DNA of 43,436 nucleotides, taken from assembly GCA_002450985.1 (NCBI GenBank), contig DKBA01000001.1, forward strand, positions 1 through 43,436, in the 5' to 3' direction. The notes beneath the pieces were generated by a model, which did not search any database, was not told where the DNA came from, and saw nothing but the letters and a program-made list of their open reading frames with translations. The DNA is from Acidimicrobiia bacterium UBA6912. Its GTDB lineage: Bacteria; Actinomycetota; Acidimicrobiia; Spongiisociales; UBA5794. Below, one piece after another: positions 24,556-33,504 of the stretch (position 1 is the first letter of the stretch; every line of letters begins with the position of its first letter). Position numbers and translations under genes: made by a program.

Positions 24556-25803
24556 TCACTTCGCCGTCGGCACCGTCACATCGACCCACACGAGCCGGTG
24601 GTCGCTGCTCGGGAACGGGAAGGTGCCAACCAGGTCGAAGAGCGGATCGGTGTTCAGCGGCCAGAACACGCCGGCGTCCTCGATCTGGAGCGTCTTGCGC
24701 GGCAGCACGTAGTCCGCCCGCAGGTTGCCGGGTGCGGTGTCGCTGAAATCGGCCGTGTCGAACGCCGGATCGCTCAGGTGAGTCTCGTTGGCGCCACCCT
24801 GCAGTTCGGACTGCTGGACGGCACCGAGGCTCGAGGGGGTCACCTTCGTGTTCACCAACGGGTGCTCGATCAGCTGCTGGATGGCGCCGGGGATGCTGTC
24901 GCCGTCGAGCGGATCGGAGTTCTGGTCCCCGGCGATCACGAACAGGTCGCCGGGCTTCAACCCGCCGACGCCACCCTCGTCGTCGTAGATGTAGCCGCTC
25001 TTGCCCGGGCTGACGTAGTCGGCCCAGAAGCGGATCTCGTCGAAGTTGCGGGTGCCGTTGCGGTCCTCGGGGCCGTCGAACACCGGGGGCGTGGGGTGGC
25101 TGACGAGGAAGTGCACGGTCTTCTCGCCGATCTCGATCGGGACGTCCCAATGGCTCTTCGATGACAGCCGTACCACCTCCAACTCCTCCGGCGAGTACCA
25201 GTCGCCCGGCTCCGGAGTGTTCGGATCGTCGGGCAGCAGCGCCCCCGGCATGTCCTTCCACAAGAAGAGCTGGAAGGTGCGGATAGCGTCGAAGTCGATG
25301 GGGTACTTCGAGTAGACGGCCATGCCGAATTGGCCCGGGAACCAGCCGAACCCGTAGGCATCGTTCGCGTAGATGAAGTTGAAGGGTGCCGGGACGGGAT
25401 CGATGTTGCCGTCGTTGTCCAGGTCGAAACCAGAGTGGATTCCGGTGTTGGAGGGTGCGGCGTAGCGATACGGGTACTCGATGCCGGAAACATCCGGGGC
25501 CTGCGCCACTGCCAGGTAGTTGTCGGCGAAACCATCGAGCGCAACACCGCCGGCGTCGTAATCGAACTCGTTGACGAGGAGCACGTCGGGTCGGGTTCGT
25601 TGAACGATCTCGGCGATCACTTCTGCTTGCTGGTTCCCTGGCGCACTCAGGTCTGCCTGCAGCTGACCGTCGAAGTTGCGGTTGAGCGAGGCGTTGAACG
25701 TTGCGAACCGGACCGTGTCTTGCGAGCTCCCGGCGGTCGCCGGCGTCAGTGTGGCCGCCATGAGCGCCATCACGGCGAGCAGAACCCATGCGAATCGTCG
25801 CAT
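24556..25803 (-). CDS. Secreted endonuclease/exonuclease/phosphatase (EEP) family protein (415 aa)
   Basis: Signal peptide MRRFAWVLLAVMALMAATLTPATA. VRFATFNASL, VLLVNEFD, VIAGDQNSDP, SSDHRLVWVD. GGGAGGA SD. Confidence 0.8.
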   Translation of the reverse strand: MRRFAWVLLAVMALMAATLTPATAGSSQDTVRFATFNASLNRNFDGQLQADLSAPGNQQAEVIAEIVQRTRPDVLLVNEFDYDAGGVALDGFADNYLAVAQAPDVSGIEYPYRYAAPSNTGIHSGFDLDNDGNIDPVPAPFNFIYANDAYGFGWFPGQFGMAVYSKYPIDFDAIRTFQLFLWKDMPGALLPDDPNTPEPGDWYSPEELEVVRLSSKSHWDVPIEIGEKTVHFLVSHPTPPVFDGPEDRNGTRNFDEIRFWADYVSPGKSGYIYDDEGGVGGLKPGDLFVIAGDQNSDPLDGDSIPGAIQQLIEHPLVNTKVTPSSLGAVQQSELQGGANETHLSDPAFDTADFSDTAPGNLRADYVLPRKTLQIEDAGVFWPLNTDPLFDLVGTFPFPSSDHRLVWVDVTVPTAK

Positions 25804-25882
25804 ACCATCCTCCCTTTGGGTTGCTGGAGGTCAACCTACTCCGCCGGCGCACCACATGCCGCACCCGGGCCGCGGCGCAAGG

Positions 25883-26290
25883 TCACGCGTCGGGGACGAC
25901 GGCGGTCGTGACGATCTCGATGACGGCTCGCGGCTCCACGAGCTCGGTGACGCCGAGCATCGCCATGGCGGGGAAGTGCCCGCCCATGTGTGTGCGCCAC
26001 ACGGCGCCGACCTCCCGGAGGTTTCCCCGGTACTCGTCCATCGCCGTGGTGTAGAGGTTCATCGCCACGACGTGCTCGGGAGCGGCGCCGGCGGCGGCGA
26101 GGGCGGTCACGACGTTGCCGAGCGCGGTATCGAACTGTTCGACGAGGCCCGGGCCGGTGAGTCGGCCCTCGGCATCGACGCCGATCTGGCCGGCGACGTA
26201 GACCGTCCTGCCCGGGGCGGGCACGACGGCGTGGGAGAACCCACGGGCCGCCACCATGCCCTCGGGCGACAGCAACTCGTGGGGGGTCAC
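25883..26290 (-). CDS. RidA/YjgF/L-PSP family protein (135 aa)
   Basis: GFSHAVVPAPGRTVYVAGQIGVD...NLYTT...PAMAMLGVTELV. GTG 26290 overlaps the hydratase stop (GTGA) and has GGAGGGG upstream. Confidence 0.8.
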   Translation of the reverse strand: MTPHELLSPEGMVAARGFSHAVVPAPGRTVYVAGQIGVDAEGRLTGPGLVEQFDTALGNVVTALAAAGAAPEHVVAMNLYTTAMDEYRGNLREVGAVWRTHMGGHFPAMAMLGVTELVEPRAVIEIVTTAVVPDA

Positions 26291-27114
26291 CTGCCCCTCC
26301 ACTGCGGGGTGCGGCCCTCCATGAACGCCGCATGGAACTCGGCGTGGTCGGACGTCGTCATCAGCAGCGCCTGCGTCATCGCCTCGAGCTCGAGCGCCGG
26401 GGCCAGTCCCATGTCGCTCTCCCGGGTGAGCAGGAGCTTCGTGGCGCGGTAGGCGAAGGTGGGGCCACCGGCGATGCGAGCCGCCAGCTCGCCTGCGGCG
26501 GAGGCCACCTCGGCATCGGGCACGACCCGAGTCGCGAGCCCGATCTCGAGGGCGCGGGCGGCGTCGACGGGGTCGCCGAACATAAGGATCTCGGTCGCCC
26601 GCCCCAGCCCCACGAGGCGGGGGAGGAGGTAGGCCGAGCCCATGTCGCCGCCGGAGAGACCGACCTTGGTGAAGAGGAAGTGGAAACGGGCGGACTCGGC
26701 GACCATGCGGAAGTCGGCGGCGAGGGCGATGACCGCACCCGCCCCTGCGGCGGTGCCGTTGACCGCGGCCACGATGGGGACGGGGCACTCCCGCATGTTC
26801 TGGACGACGGCGCCGGTCATCTTCGTGAACTCGAGCAGGTCGCGGGCGTCCATCGCGAGCAGCTCACCGATGATGGCGTCGACGTCGCCCCCCGAGCAGA
26901 AGCCCTTGCCGCGGCCGGTGATCACGAGCGCCTCGACGTCGTCGCGCAGGGGGAGGGCGCGCAGCAGATCACGCAGATCGGCGTACACCTCGAAGGTCAA
27001 GGCATTGAGCTTCCCTGGGCGGTTGAAGGTGAGCGTCGCCACCTGGCCGGCCACGTCGAAATCGAAGTGTTCCCACGATCGGCTGAACGGGTCGGAGGTG
27101 CGGAAGGGGCTCAT
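26287..27114 (-). CDS. Enoyl-CoA hydratase/isomerase (crotonase) family protein (275 aa)
   Basis: TLTFNRPGKLNAL, GKGFCSGGDV, AAVNGTAAGAGAVIALAADFR. ATG 27114 overlaps the SDR stop (ATGA). Confidence 0.85.
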   Translation of the reverse strand: MSPFRTSDPFSRSWEHFDFDVAGQVATLTFNRPGKLNALTFEVYADLRDLLRALPLRDDVEALVITGRGKGFCSGGDVDAIIGELLAMDARDLLEFTKMTGAVVQNMRECPVPIVAAVNGTAAGAGAVIALAADFRMVAESARFHFLFTKVGLSGGDMGSAYLLPRLVGLGRATEILMFGDPVDAARALEIGLATRVVPDAEVASAAGELAARIAGGPTFAYRATKLLLTRESDMGLAPALELEAMTQALLMTTSDHAEFHAAFMEGRTPQWRGR

Positions 27115-27866
27115 TGCTGGAGATCGCCCCCATCGATGAGGATCGACTGGCCGTTGATCGCCCCCGCCGCGTCCGAGGCGAGGAAGGCCACGGCGGCGGC
27201 CACCTCCTCGGGTTCGATGAGCCGCCCGAGACGGGTGCCGGCGAGGAGGGCTGCGAGCGCCTCCTCCTCGGAGCGTGAGGTCTTCTCCATGATGTTGGCG
27301 ATCGTGCGCTCCGTCATCGGGGTGCGCACATATCCCGGGCACACCGAGTTGGCGGTGATCCCGCTGCCGGGAAGCTCGGCCGACAGCGACCGCATCAGGC
27401 CGAGAACGGCATGTTTGGACGCCACATAGGCGGCGATGTAGGGGGCTCCCTGGTGCGAGGCGACGGAGGCGATGGTGACGATCCGTCCCCAGCCTCGCTC
27501 CCGCATGCCGGGCAGAACTTGCTGGATGCAGAGCAGCGGTCCGGTGGCGTTCACGCGGAGCATCCGATCCCAGGAGGCGAGGTCGATGCGCTGCACCGGG
27601 GCGGAGTCGGCGATGCCTGCGTTGTTGACCAGCACATCGACGGGTCCCGCCGCCGCAAACGCCTCCGTCACGGACGCCGGATCGGTCACGTCGCATGCCA
27701 CCGTGGTGACCGGCCCGGGTGCCGCCGCAGCCGTTGCGGCGAGGGCCTCCTGGTCCCGCCCCATCGCCACGACGTGGAACCCCTCGGCCGAGAGCCGCTC
27801 GACCACGGCGCGGCCGATGCCCTTGTTGCCGCCCGTCACCACGGCGCGTCGCACACGCTCGCTCAT
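27111..27866 (-). CDS. SDR-family oxidoreductase, 3-hydroxyacyl-CoA-dehydrogenase/FabG-like (251 aa)
   Basis: RRAVVTGGNKGIGRAV, NNAG, YVASKHAV. ATG 27866 is preceded by TATCGT plus 6 nt, suggesting a leaderless transcript. The upstream 31 codons of the track ORF are rejected. Confidence 0.85.
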   Translation of the reverse strand: MSERVRRAVVTGGNKGIGRAVVERLSAEGFHVVAMGRDQEALAATAAAAPGPVTTVACDVTDPASVTEAFAAAGPVDVLVNNAGIADSAPVQRIDLASWDRMLRVNATGPLLCIQQVLPGMRERGWGRIVTIASVASHQGAPYIAAYVASKHAVLGLMRSLSAELPGSGITANSVCPGYVRTPMTERTIANIMEKTSRSEEEALAALLAGTRLGRLIEPEEVAAAVAFLASDAAGAINGQSILIDGGDLQQ

Positions 27867-27872
27867 GGGGTC

Positions 27873-27878
27873 ACGATA
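27873..27878 (-). promoter_or_regulatory. Candidate -10 box (TATCGT) positioned for a leaderless SDR/hydratase/RidA operon transcript
   Basis: TATCGT-GACCCC-ATG(27866) read on the minus strand. No SD. Confidence 0.3.
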
Positions 27879-27923
27879 GAGCCCGCGCCGGCCGGCGTGC
27901 CGGAACGCAGCGCCCGCCGCAAC

Positions 27924-27929
27924 TAGGCT
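27924..27929 (+). promoter_or_regulatory. Candidate -10 box (TAGGCT) for the fused hydroxylase/reductase operon
   Basis: TAGGCT lies about 34 nt upstream of ATG 27963, followed by GAGGAGGA SD (27947-27954). It sits in the 96-bp divergent intergenic region. Confidence 0.25.
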
Positions 27930-27962
27930 CGGTGCGGCCGATCGGCGAGGAGGACGCACCAG

Positions 27963-30266
27963 ATGAGAGTGGCCTGCATCGGCGGCGGGCCCGGCGGGCT
28001 CTTCCTGTCGATCCTGCTACGCACGAGCGACCCCTCGATCGAGGTCGACGTGTTCGAGCGCAACGCCCGCGACGCCACGTTCGGGTTCGGCGTGGTGTTC
28101 TCCAACGAGACCCTCGACAATCTCGCTGCTGCGGATGGGCCGAGCCTGGAGCGGATCCAGCGCGAGTTCCGCTCGTGGGGCGAGATCGACACCTATCACC
28201 GCGGACGCTGGGTCCGCTCGACCGGTCACGGCTTCTCGGCGATCTCGCGGCTTCGCCTGCTGCAGATCCTCGCCGAACGGGCCGAGGAGGTGGGGGCGAA
28301 GGTCGTCTTCGAGAGCGACCTCGGGGTCGGCGATCTCGCCGGGTACGACCTCGTCGTGGCGGCGGACGGCGTCAACAGCGCAACCCGCAACGCCCGGCCG
28401 GCCGCCTTTGCACCCACCGTCGAGATGGGATCGGCGCGCTTCGTGTGGTTGGGTACGCACAAGCTCTTCGACGGCTTCACGTTCCTGTTCGAGGAGACGC
28501 CCTACGGCGTCGTGCAGGCCCATTGCTACCCGTTCGACGCCACGACCAGCACGATCATCGTCGAGATGGACCAGTCGACGTGGCGTAGGGCGGGCCTCGA
28601 CGCCGCAGAGCACCGTGGGTTGGAGCCGGGGGAGAGCGACCCGCAGGCCCTCGAGTTCGCCGAGGAGGTGTTCGGGCGTCATCTCGATGGCCAGGGTGTC
28701 ATCGGCAACAACTCGGTGTGGCGGACGTTCCCCACGGTGCGCTGCGACCGCTGGTACGACGGCAACGTGGTGCTGCTCGGCGACGCCGTGCACACCGCGC
28801 ATTTCTCGATCGGGTCGGGCACCAAGCTCGCGATGGAGGACGCCGTTGCGCTCGCCGAGGCCCTCGATGGTGAGCGGGACATCGCAACGGCGCTCGCCGT
28901 CTACCAGGAGGCACGCAAACCCGTCGCCGACAGCCTGCAGCGGGCCGCGGACACCAGCCGGGCGTGGTTCGAGTCGGTGGATCGCTACGCCTCGCTCCCC
29001 ACCCCTCAGTTCGTGTTCCAGCTGCTGACCCGTTCCCAGCGCATCACCCACGACAACCTCAAGCTGCGCGACCCGGACCTCGTTGCGCAGGCCCTCGAGT
29101 GGTTCCGCTCGACCGTCCCTGCGCACCTGCGCCCGCCCGACCCGGCCACCCCCCCGATGTTCTACCCGTTCGAGCTGCGCGGGCTCCGGCTCGCCAACCG
29201 GGTGGTGGTGTCCCCGATGGCGCAGTACTCGGCCGTCGACGGCTGCGTGACCGATTGGCACCTCGTCCACCTCGGCAGTCGCGCCGTTGGCGGCGCCGGT
29301 CTGGTGATGACGGAGATGACGTGCGTGTCCCCGCAGGGGCGGATCACCCCCGGCTGCGCCGGCCTGTGGAACGACACCCAGCAGGAGCGGTGGGCGCCGA
29401 TCGTCGACTTCGTGCATCGGGAGACCGGGGCTGCGATCGGGCTCCAACTGGGTCACGCAGGACGCAAGGGCTCGGTGAAGGTGCCGTGGGAAGGTGGGGG
29501 AGACCACACGCCGCTCGACGAGGGCAACTGGCCGTTGCTCGCCCCCTCGGCGCTTCCCTGGCACGCCGGGTCGCAGACGCCGGCCGAGATGACCAGGGCC
29601 GACCTGGACGCCGTCGTCGCGCAGTTCGCAGCCGCCACCCGGCGCGGCGCCGAGCTCGGCTTCGACCTGCTCGAGCTCCACTACGCCCACGGGTACTTGC
29701 TGTCCTCGTTCCTGTCGCCGCTCACCAACCGACGGGAGGACGAGTACGGCGGGTCGTTCGAGAACCGGCTCCGCTTCCCCCTCGAGGTGCTCGCCGCGGT
29801 GCGGCGGGCGTGGCCAGACGACAAGCCGCTCTCGGTCCGGATCTCCGCCACCGATTGGGTGGAGGGCGGGGTCACGGCCGAGGACGGGGCCGCCATCGCC
29901 GCAGCACTGGCCGCTCACGGCTGCGACATCGTCGACGTCTCGTCCGGCCAGGTCCACCCGGACCAGGCCCCGTTGTACGGCCGTCTCTACCAGACGCCCT
30001 TCAGCGACCGGATCCGCCACGAGGTCGGCGTGCCCACGATCACGGTTGGGGCGGTGTCGAGCGTCGACGACGTCAACACGATCATCCTGGCGGGAAGAGC
30101 CGACCTGTGCGCCCTCGCCCGGCCTCATCTCGTCGATCCGTACTGGACGCTCAACGCCGCCGTCGACCAAGAGTTCGCCGGTCATCCGTGGCCTTCGCAG
30201 TATCTGTCCGGTCGCACCGCACGCCGCAGAGAGCAGGACCCGCTACGTCGCGTCCCGACGGAGTGA
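27963..30266 (+). CDS. Bifunctional FAD aromatic hydroxylase / Old-Yellow-Enzyme-type reductase fusion (2-aminobenzoyl-CoA monooxygenase/reductase- or salicylyl-CoA 5-hydroxylase-like) (767 aa)
   Basis: N-half: MRVACIGGGPGGLFL, AADGVNSATR, GDAVHTAHFSIGSGTKLAMEDA. C-half: RVVVSPMAQYS, QLGHAGRKGS, LLELHYAHGYLLSSFLSP. GAGGAGGA SD upstream. Confidence 0.85.
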   Translation: MRVACIGGGPGGLFLSILLRTSDPSIEVDVFERNARDATFGFGVVFSNETLDNLAAADGPSLERIQREFRSWGEIDTYHRGRWVRSTGHGFSAISRLRLLQILAERAEEVGAKVVFESDLGVGDLAGYDLVVAADGVNSATRNARPAAFAPTVEMGSARFVWLGTHKLFDGFTFLFEETPYGVVQAHCYPFDATTSTIIVEMDQSTWRRAGLDAAEHRGLEPGESDPQALEFAEEVFGRHLDGQGVIGNNSVWRTFPTVRCDRWYDGNVVLLGDAVHTAHFSIGSGTKLAMEDAVALAEALDGERDIATALAVYQEARKPVADSLQRAADTSRAWFESVDRYASLPTPQFVFQLLTRSQRITHDNLKLRDPDLVAQALEWFRSTVPAHLRPPDPATPPMFYPFELRGLRLANRVVVSPMAQYSAVDGCVTDWHLVHLGSRAVGGAGLVMTEMTCVSPQGRITPGCAGLWNDTQQERWAPIVDFVHRETGAAIGLQLGHAGRKGSVKVPWEGGGDHTPLDEGNWPLLAPSALPWHAGSQTPAEMTRADLDAVVAQFAAATRRGAELGFDLLELHYAHGYLLSSFLSPLTNRREDEYGGSFENRLRFPLEVLAAVRRAWPDDKPLSVRISATDWVEGGVTAEDGAAIAAALAAHGCDIVDVSSGQVHPDQAPLYGRLYQTPFSDRIRHEVGVPTITVGAVSSVDDVNTIILAGRADLCALARPHLVDPYWTLNAAVDQEFAGHPWPSQYLSGRTARRREQDPLRRVPTE

Positions 30267-30276
30267 GGGCGGTGGC

Positions 30277-31440
30277 ATGAGCGAGTGGCGCCGCGAACTC
30301 CCCCGGCCCGCCGGCCTGATCGATGCCGAGGCGGAGCTGTTCGACCGGGCGCGCCACATCGCCCGCACCGATCTCGCCCCGCTCGCCGAGGCCGGGGAGC
30401 CCGGCCGGTTGCATCGGGCTCTCGTCGCCGCCATGGCCGACGCCGGGCTCGTTCCCCAGCTCTTCCCCGACTCTCACGGAGGGACCCAGCCGGGCGAGGT
30501 GTCTGCCCTGGTCCTGTGCCTGCTGCGCGAGGCCGTGGCCATCGAGTCGCCCGAGGCGGAGACTGCGCTGGCCATGCAGGGCCTCGGATCGTATCCCATC
30601 CTGCAATCTGCCCGCCCCGAGGTGGCGCAGCGATGGATCCCTCAGGTCGCAGACGGACGGGTGATCCCGGCGTTCGCCCTCACCGAGCCCGACGCCGGAT
30701 CGGATGCCGCCGCCCTGTCGGCGCGCGCCGAGCGGGACGGCGACGGGTGGCGGCTCAGCGGGGTGAAGACGTGGATCTCCAATGCACCGGATGCCGATGT
30801 CTACACCATGTTCGCCCGCACCACACCGGATGCCGGCGCGCGGGGCGTGTCCGCCTTCCTCGTGCCCGGCGACAGTGCGGGGCTCGGCGGCGAGCCGCTC
30901 GATCTGCTGTCGCCCCACCCGATCGGGACCGTCACCATGGATGGGGTGTACGTGCCTGCCGAGCACCTCCTCGGCGAGGTCGACCGCGGCTTCCCTGTTG
31001 CGATGCGCACCCTCGACCGCTTCCGCCCGTCGGTGGGTGCGTTTGCGGTCGGCATGGCGCAGGCGGCGCTCGAGGCCGCCATCGACCACGCTGCGACGCG
31101 GACGGCCTTTGGCGGCCCCCTGCGCGATCTGCAGGCCGTGGCCCATGCCCTGGCGGAGATGGAGGTGGCGACGCACACCGCCCGCCTGGTGGTGCACGAC
31201 GCAGCGCGGGCCTTCGATGCCGGCACCGAGCCGCTCACGATTCGCTCGTCGATGGCGAAGCTGTATGCGACCGAGGCGGCGCAGCGTGTCGTCGATGCCG
31301 CGATCCAGATCCACGGGGCACGGGGGCTCGAGCGCGGCCACCTGCTCGAGCGGCTCTACCGGGACGTGCGGGCCCCCCGCATCTACGAGGGCGCCTCGGA
31401 GGTGCAGCGTTCGATCATCGCCCGTCGTCTCTATGGATGA
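30277..31440 (+). CDS. Acyl-CoA dehydrogenase (387 aa)
   Basis: FALTEPDAGSDAAAL, WISNAPDADV, IYEGASEVQRSIIAR (catalytic Glu region). ATG lies 10 nt after the preceding stop. Confidence 0.9.
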   Translation: MSEWRRELPRPAGLIDAEAELFDRARHIARTDLAPLAEAGEPGRLHRALVAAMADAGLVPQLFPDSHGGTQPGEVSALVLCLLREAVAIESPEAETALAMQGLGSYPILQSARPEVAQRWIPQVADGRVIPAFALTEPDAGSDAAALSARAERDGDGWRLSGVKTWISNAPDADVYTMFARTTPDAGARGVSAFLVPGDSAGLGGEPLDLLSPHPIGTVTMDGVYVPAEHLLGEVDRGFPVAMRTLDRFRPSVGAFAVGMAQAALEAAIDHAATRTAFGGPLRDLQAVAHALAEMEVATHTARLVVHDAARAFDAGTEPLTIRSSMAKLYATEAAQRVVDAAIQIHGARGLERGHLLERLYRDVRAPRIYEGASEVQRSIIARRLYG

Positions 31441-31560
31441 CGTGGAGCGCATCGACCCGCACGCAGTGTCCTAACGTGGCTGCGCGCCGGCCGCCGGGAG
31501 CCGACCGAGCGGTGGCGGCTGCAGAGGGCAGGGCAGACGAGAGAGGCGAGGGCTTGCCCC

Positions 31561-33477
31561 ATGGCTGAGGAGTCCGGTTCGGCCTCACACGGTGCTCCTC
31601 ATGGTGGCGACGCCTCCAAGTACCTGCTCCTCATGTCGCTCGGGGCGCTCGGGGTGGTGTACGGCGACATCGGGACCAGCCCGCTCTATGCGCTGCGCGA
31701 GTCGTTCGTCGCCGCGGAGGGTCTCCCCGTGACCAAGGAGAACGTGCTCGGCGTCCTCTCCCTGATGATCTGGTCGCTCATCGTCGTGGTGACGGTCAAG
31801 TACCTGGCCTTCGTCATGCGCGCCGACAACCACGGGGAGGGCGGGATCCTCGCCCTCACGTCACTCATCACCCCGGCCAACCGGGGACGGCGGGCCGGGG
31901 TGCGGTGGGGACTCGTGCTGCTCGGACTGTTCGGCACCGCGCTCCTGTACGGCGACGGTGTGATCACGCCTGCCATCTCCGTCCTCTCTGCGGTGGAGGG
32001 CGTCGCCGTTGCGTCACCGGGGCTGGAGTCGTACGTCGTTCCCGCCGCCGCCGTGATCCTCGTCATCCTGTTCAGCATCCAGCGCAAGGGCACCGCGACC
32101 ATCGGCGCCGTGTTCGGGCCGGTGATGATCGTGTGGTTCGGCGTGCTCGCCGCGCTCGGTCTGTACCGGCTGCTCGGGGAGATCGACGTCATCGCTGCCG
32201 CAGTGCCCACCCACGCCATCACCTTCTTCACGACCCACCCCAAGCTGGGGTTCCTCGCGCTCGGGGCGGTCTTCCTCGTCGTCACCGGCTCCGAGGCGCT
32301 CTATGCGGACATGGGTCATTTCGGATCACGGCCGATCCGGCTCGGCTGGTTCTCCATCGTGTTCCCCGCCCTGCTCCTCAACTACCTCGGCCAGGGCGCG
32401 CTCCTGATCGACGACCCCGGCGCCATCACCAATCCCTTCTACGCGATGCCGCCCGGCTGGGCCGTGGTGCCACTCGTCGTGCTCGCCACGCTGGCGACGG
32501 TCATCGCTTCGCAGGCGCTGATCTCCGGAGCGTTCTCGCTGACGATGCAGGCGATCCAGCTCGGCTACCTGCCCAGGGTCCGCATCGATCACACCTCGCC
32601 TCGCCAGTTCGGACAGATCTACATCCCTTCCGTCAACTGGGCGCTGATGCTGGGGTGCGTCGGGCTCGTCTTCTCCTTCGGCTCGTCGACGAACCTGGCG
32701 GCTGCCTACGGGGTTGCGGTCACGTCCACGATGGTGATCACGACGATCCTCCTCTACTACGTCATGCGAGAGCGGTGGGGGTGGCCGCAGGCGCCCGCGC
32801 TCGCCCTCAGCGGCGTGTTCGGCGTAGTGGACGTCGCGTTCTTCGCGGCGAACATCGTCAAGGTGCCTGCCGGCGGCTGGTTCCCGCTGCTCGTCGGGGC
32901 CCTGGTGTTCACGACGATGACGACATGGGAACACGGCCGGGCGCTGCTGGCGGCGCGGCTGCATCGCGGCGAGCTGCCGGTCGAGCGCTTCATCGGGTCG
33001 ATCGCGGTGCATCCGCAGCCGCGGGTCTCGGGGACCGCGTTCTACATGTTCCCGGAGACCGGGGCGACCCCTCCGGCGCTGCTCGCCAACCTCCGCCACA
33101 ACGGGATGATCCACGAGACGGTTGCGCTCGTCGCGGTCCGCACCGCTTCGGTGCCCCGCGTCCCCCAGGCGCGGCGGGAGACCGTCCACGACCTCGGCGA
33201 AGGGTTCGTCCAGATCGAGCTGGCGTTCGGGTTCATGGAGGAACCCAACGTGCCGGCTGCGCTGTCCAACATCGTGTCCCCCGAGTTCGGGTTCACGATG
33301 AGCGACGCCGTCTTCTTCCTCGGCCGGGAGTCGGTGATCCCGAGTGAGGTGCCCGGGATGGCCAGGTGGCGTGAGCACCTCTTCGCGTTCATGCACCGAA
33401 ACGCATCGAGCGCCGCCGGCTTCTTCGGACTGCCCAGCGACCGAGTCGTCGAGATCGGGCTCCGGGTCGAGATCTGA
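31561..33477 (+). CDS. kup: KUP/HAK/KT potassium uptake transporter (638 aa)
   Basis: LGALGVVYGDIGTSPLYAL hallmark, 12 hydrophobic segments, soluble C-terminal domain. Confidence 0.95.
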   Translation: MAEESGSASHGAPHGGDASKYLLLMSLGALGVVYGDIGTSPLYALRESFVAAEGLPVTKENVLGVLSLMIWSLIVVVTVKYLAFVMRADNHGEGGILALTSLITPANRGRRAGVRWGLVLLGLFGTALLYGDGVITPAISVLSAVEGVAVASPGLESYVVPAAAVILVILFSIQRKGTATIGAVFGPVMIVWFGVLAALGLYRLLGEIDVIAAAVPTHAITFFTTHPKLGFLALGAVFLVVTGSEALYADMGHFGSRPIRLGWFSIVFPALLLNYLGQGALLIDDPGAITNPFYAMPPGWAVVPLVVLATLATVIASQALISGAFSLTMQAIQLGYLPRVRIDHTSPRQFGQIYIPSVNWALMLGCVGLVFSFGSSTNLAAAYGVAVTSTMVITTILLYYVMRERWGWPQAPALALSGVFGVVDVAFFAANIVKVPAGGWFPLLVGALVFTTMTTWEHGRALLAARLHRGELPVERFIGSIAVHPQPRVSGTAFYMFPETGATPPALLANLRHNGMIHETVALVAVRTASVPRVPQARRETVHDLGEGFVQIELAFGFMEEPNVPAALSNIVSPEFGFTMSDAVFFLGRESVIPSEVPGMARWREHLFAFMHRNASSAAGFFGLPSDRVVEIGLRVEI

Positions 33478-33504
33478 GGTCAGCCGGCCGAGATTCGCGT
33501 CCGG

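Noticed and set aside
31441-31560. c-di-AMP (ydaO/kimA-type) riboswitch in the kup leader
   Set aside because: The leader is purine-rich, but I could not identify the paired ACGGGG/CCC-type conserved cores or a pseudo-two-fold architecture. It is too short and unsupported without a covariance-model scan.
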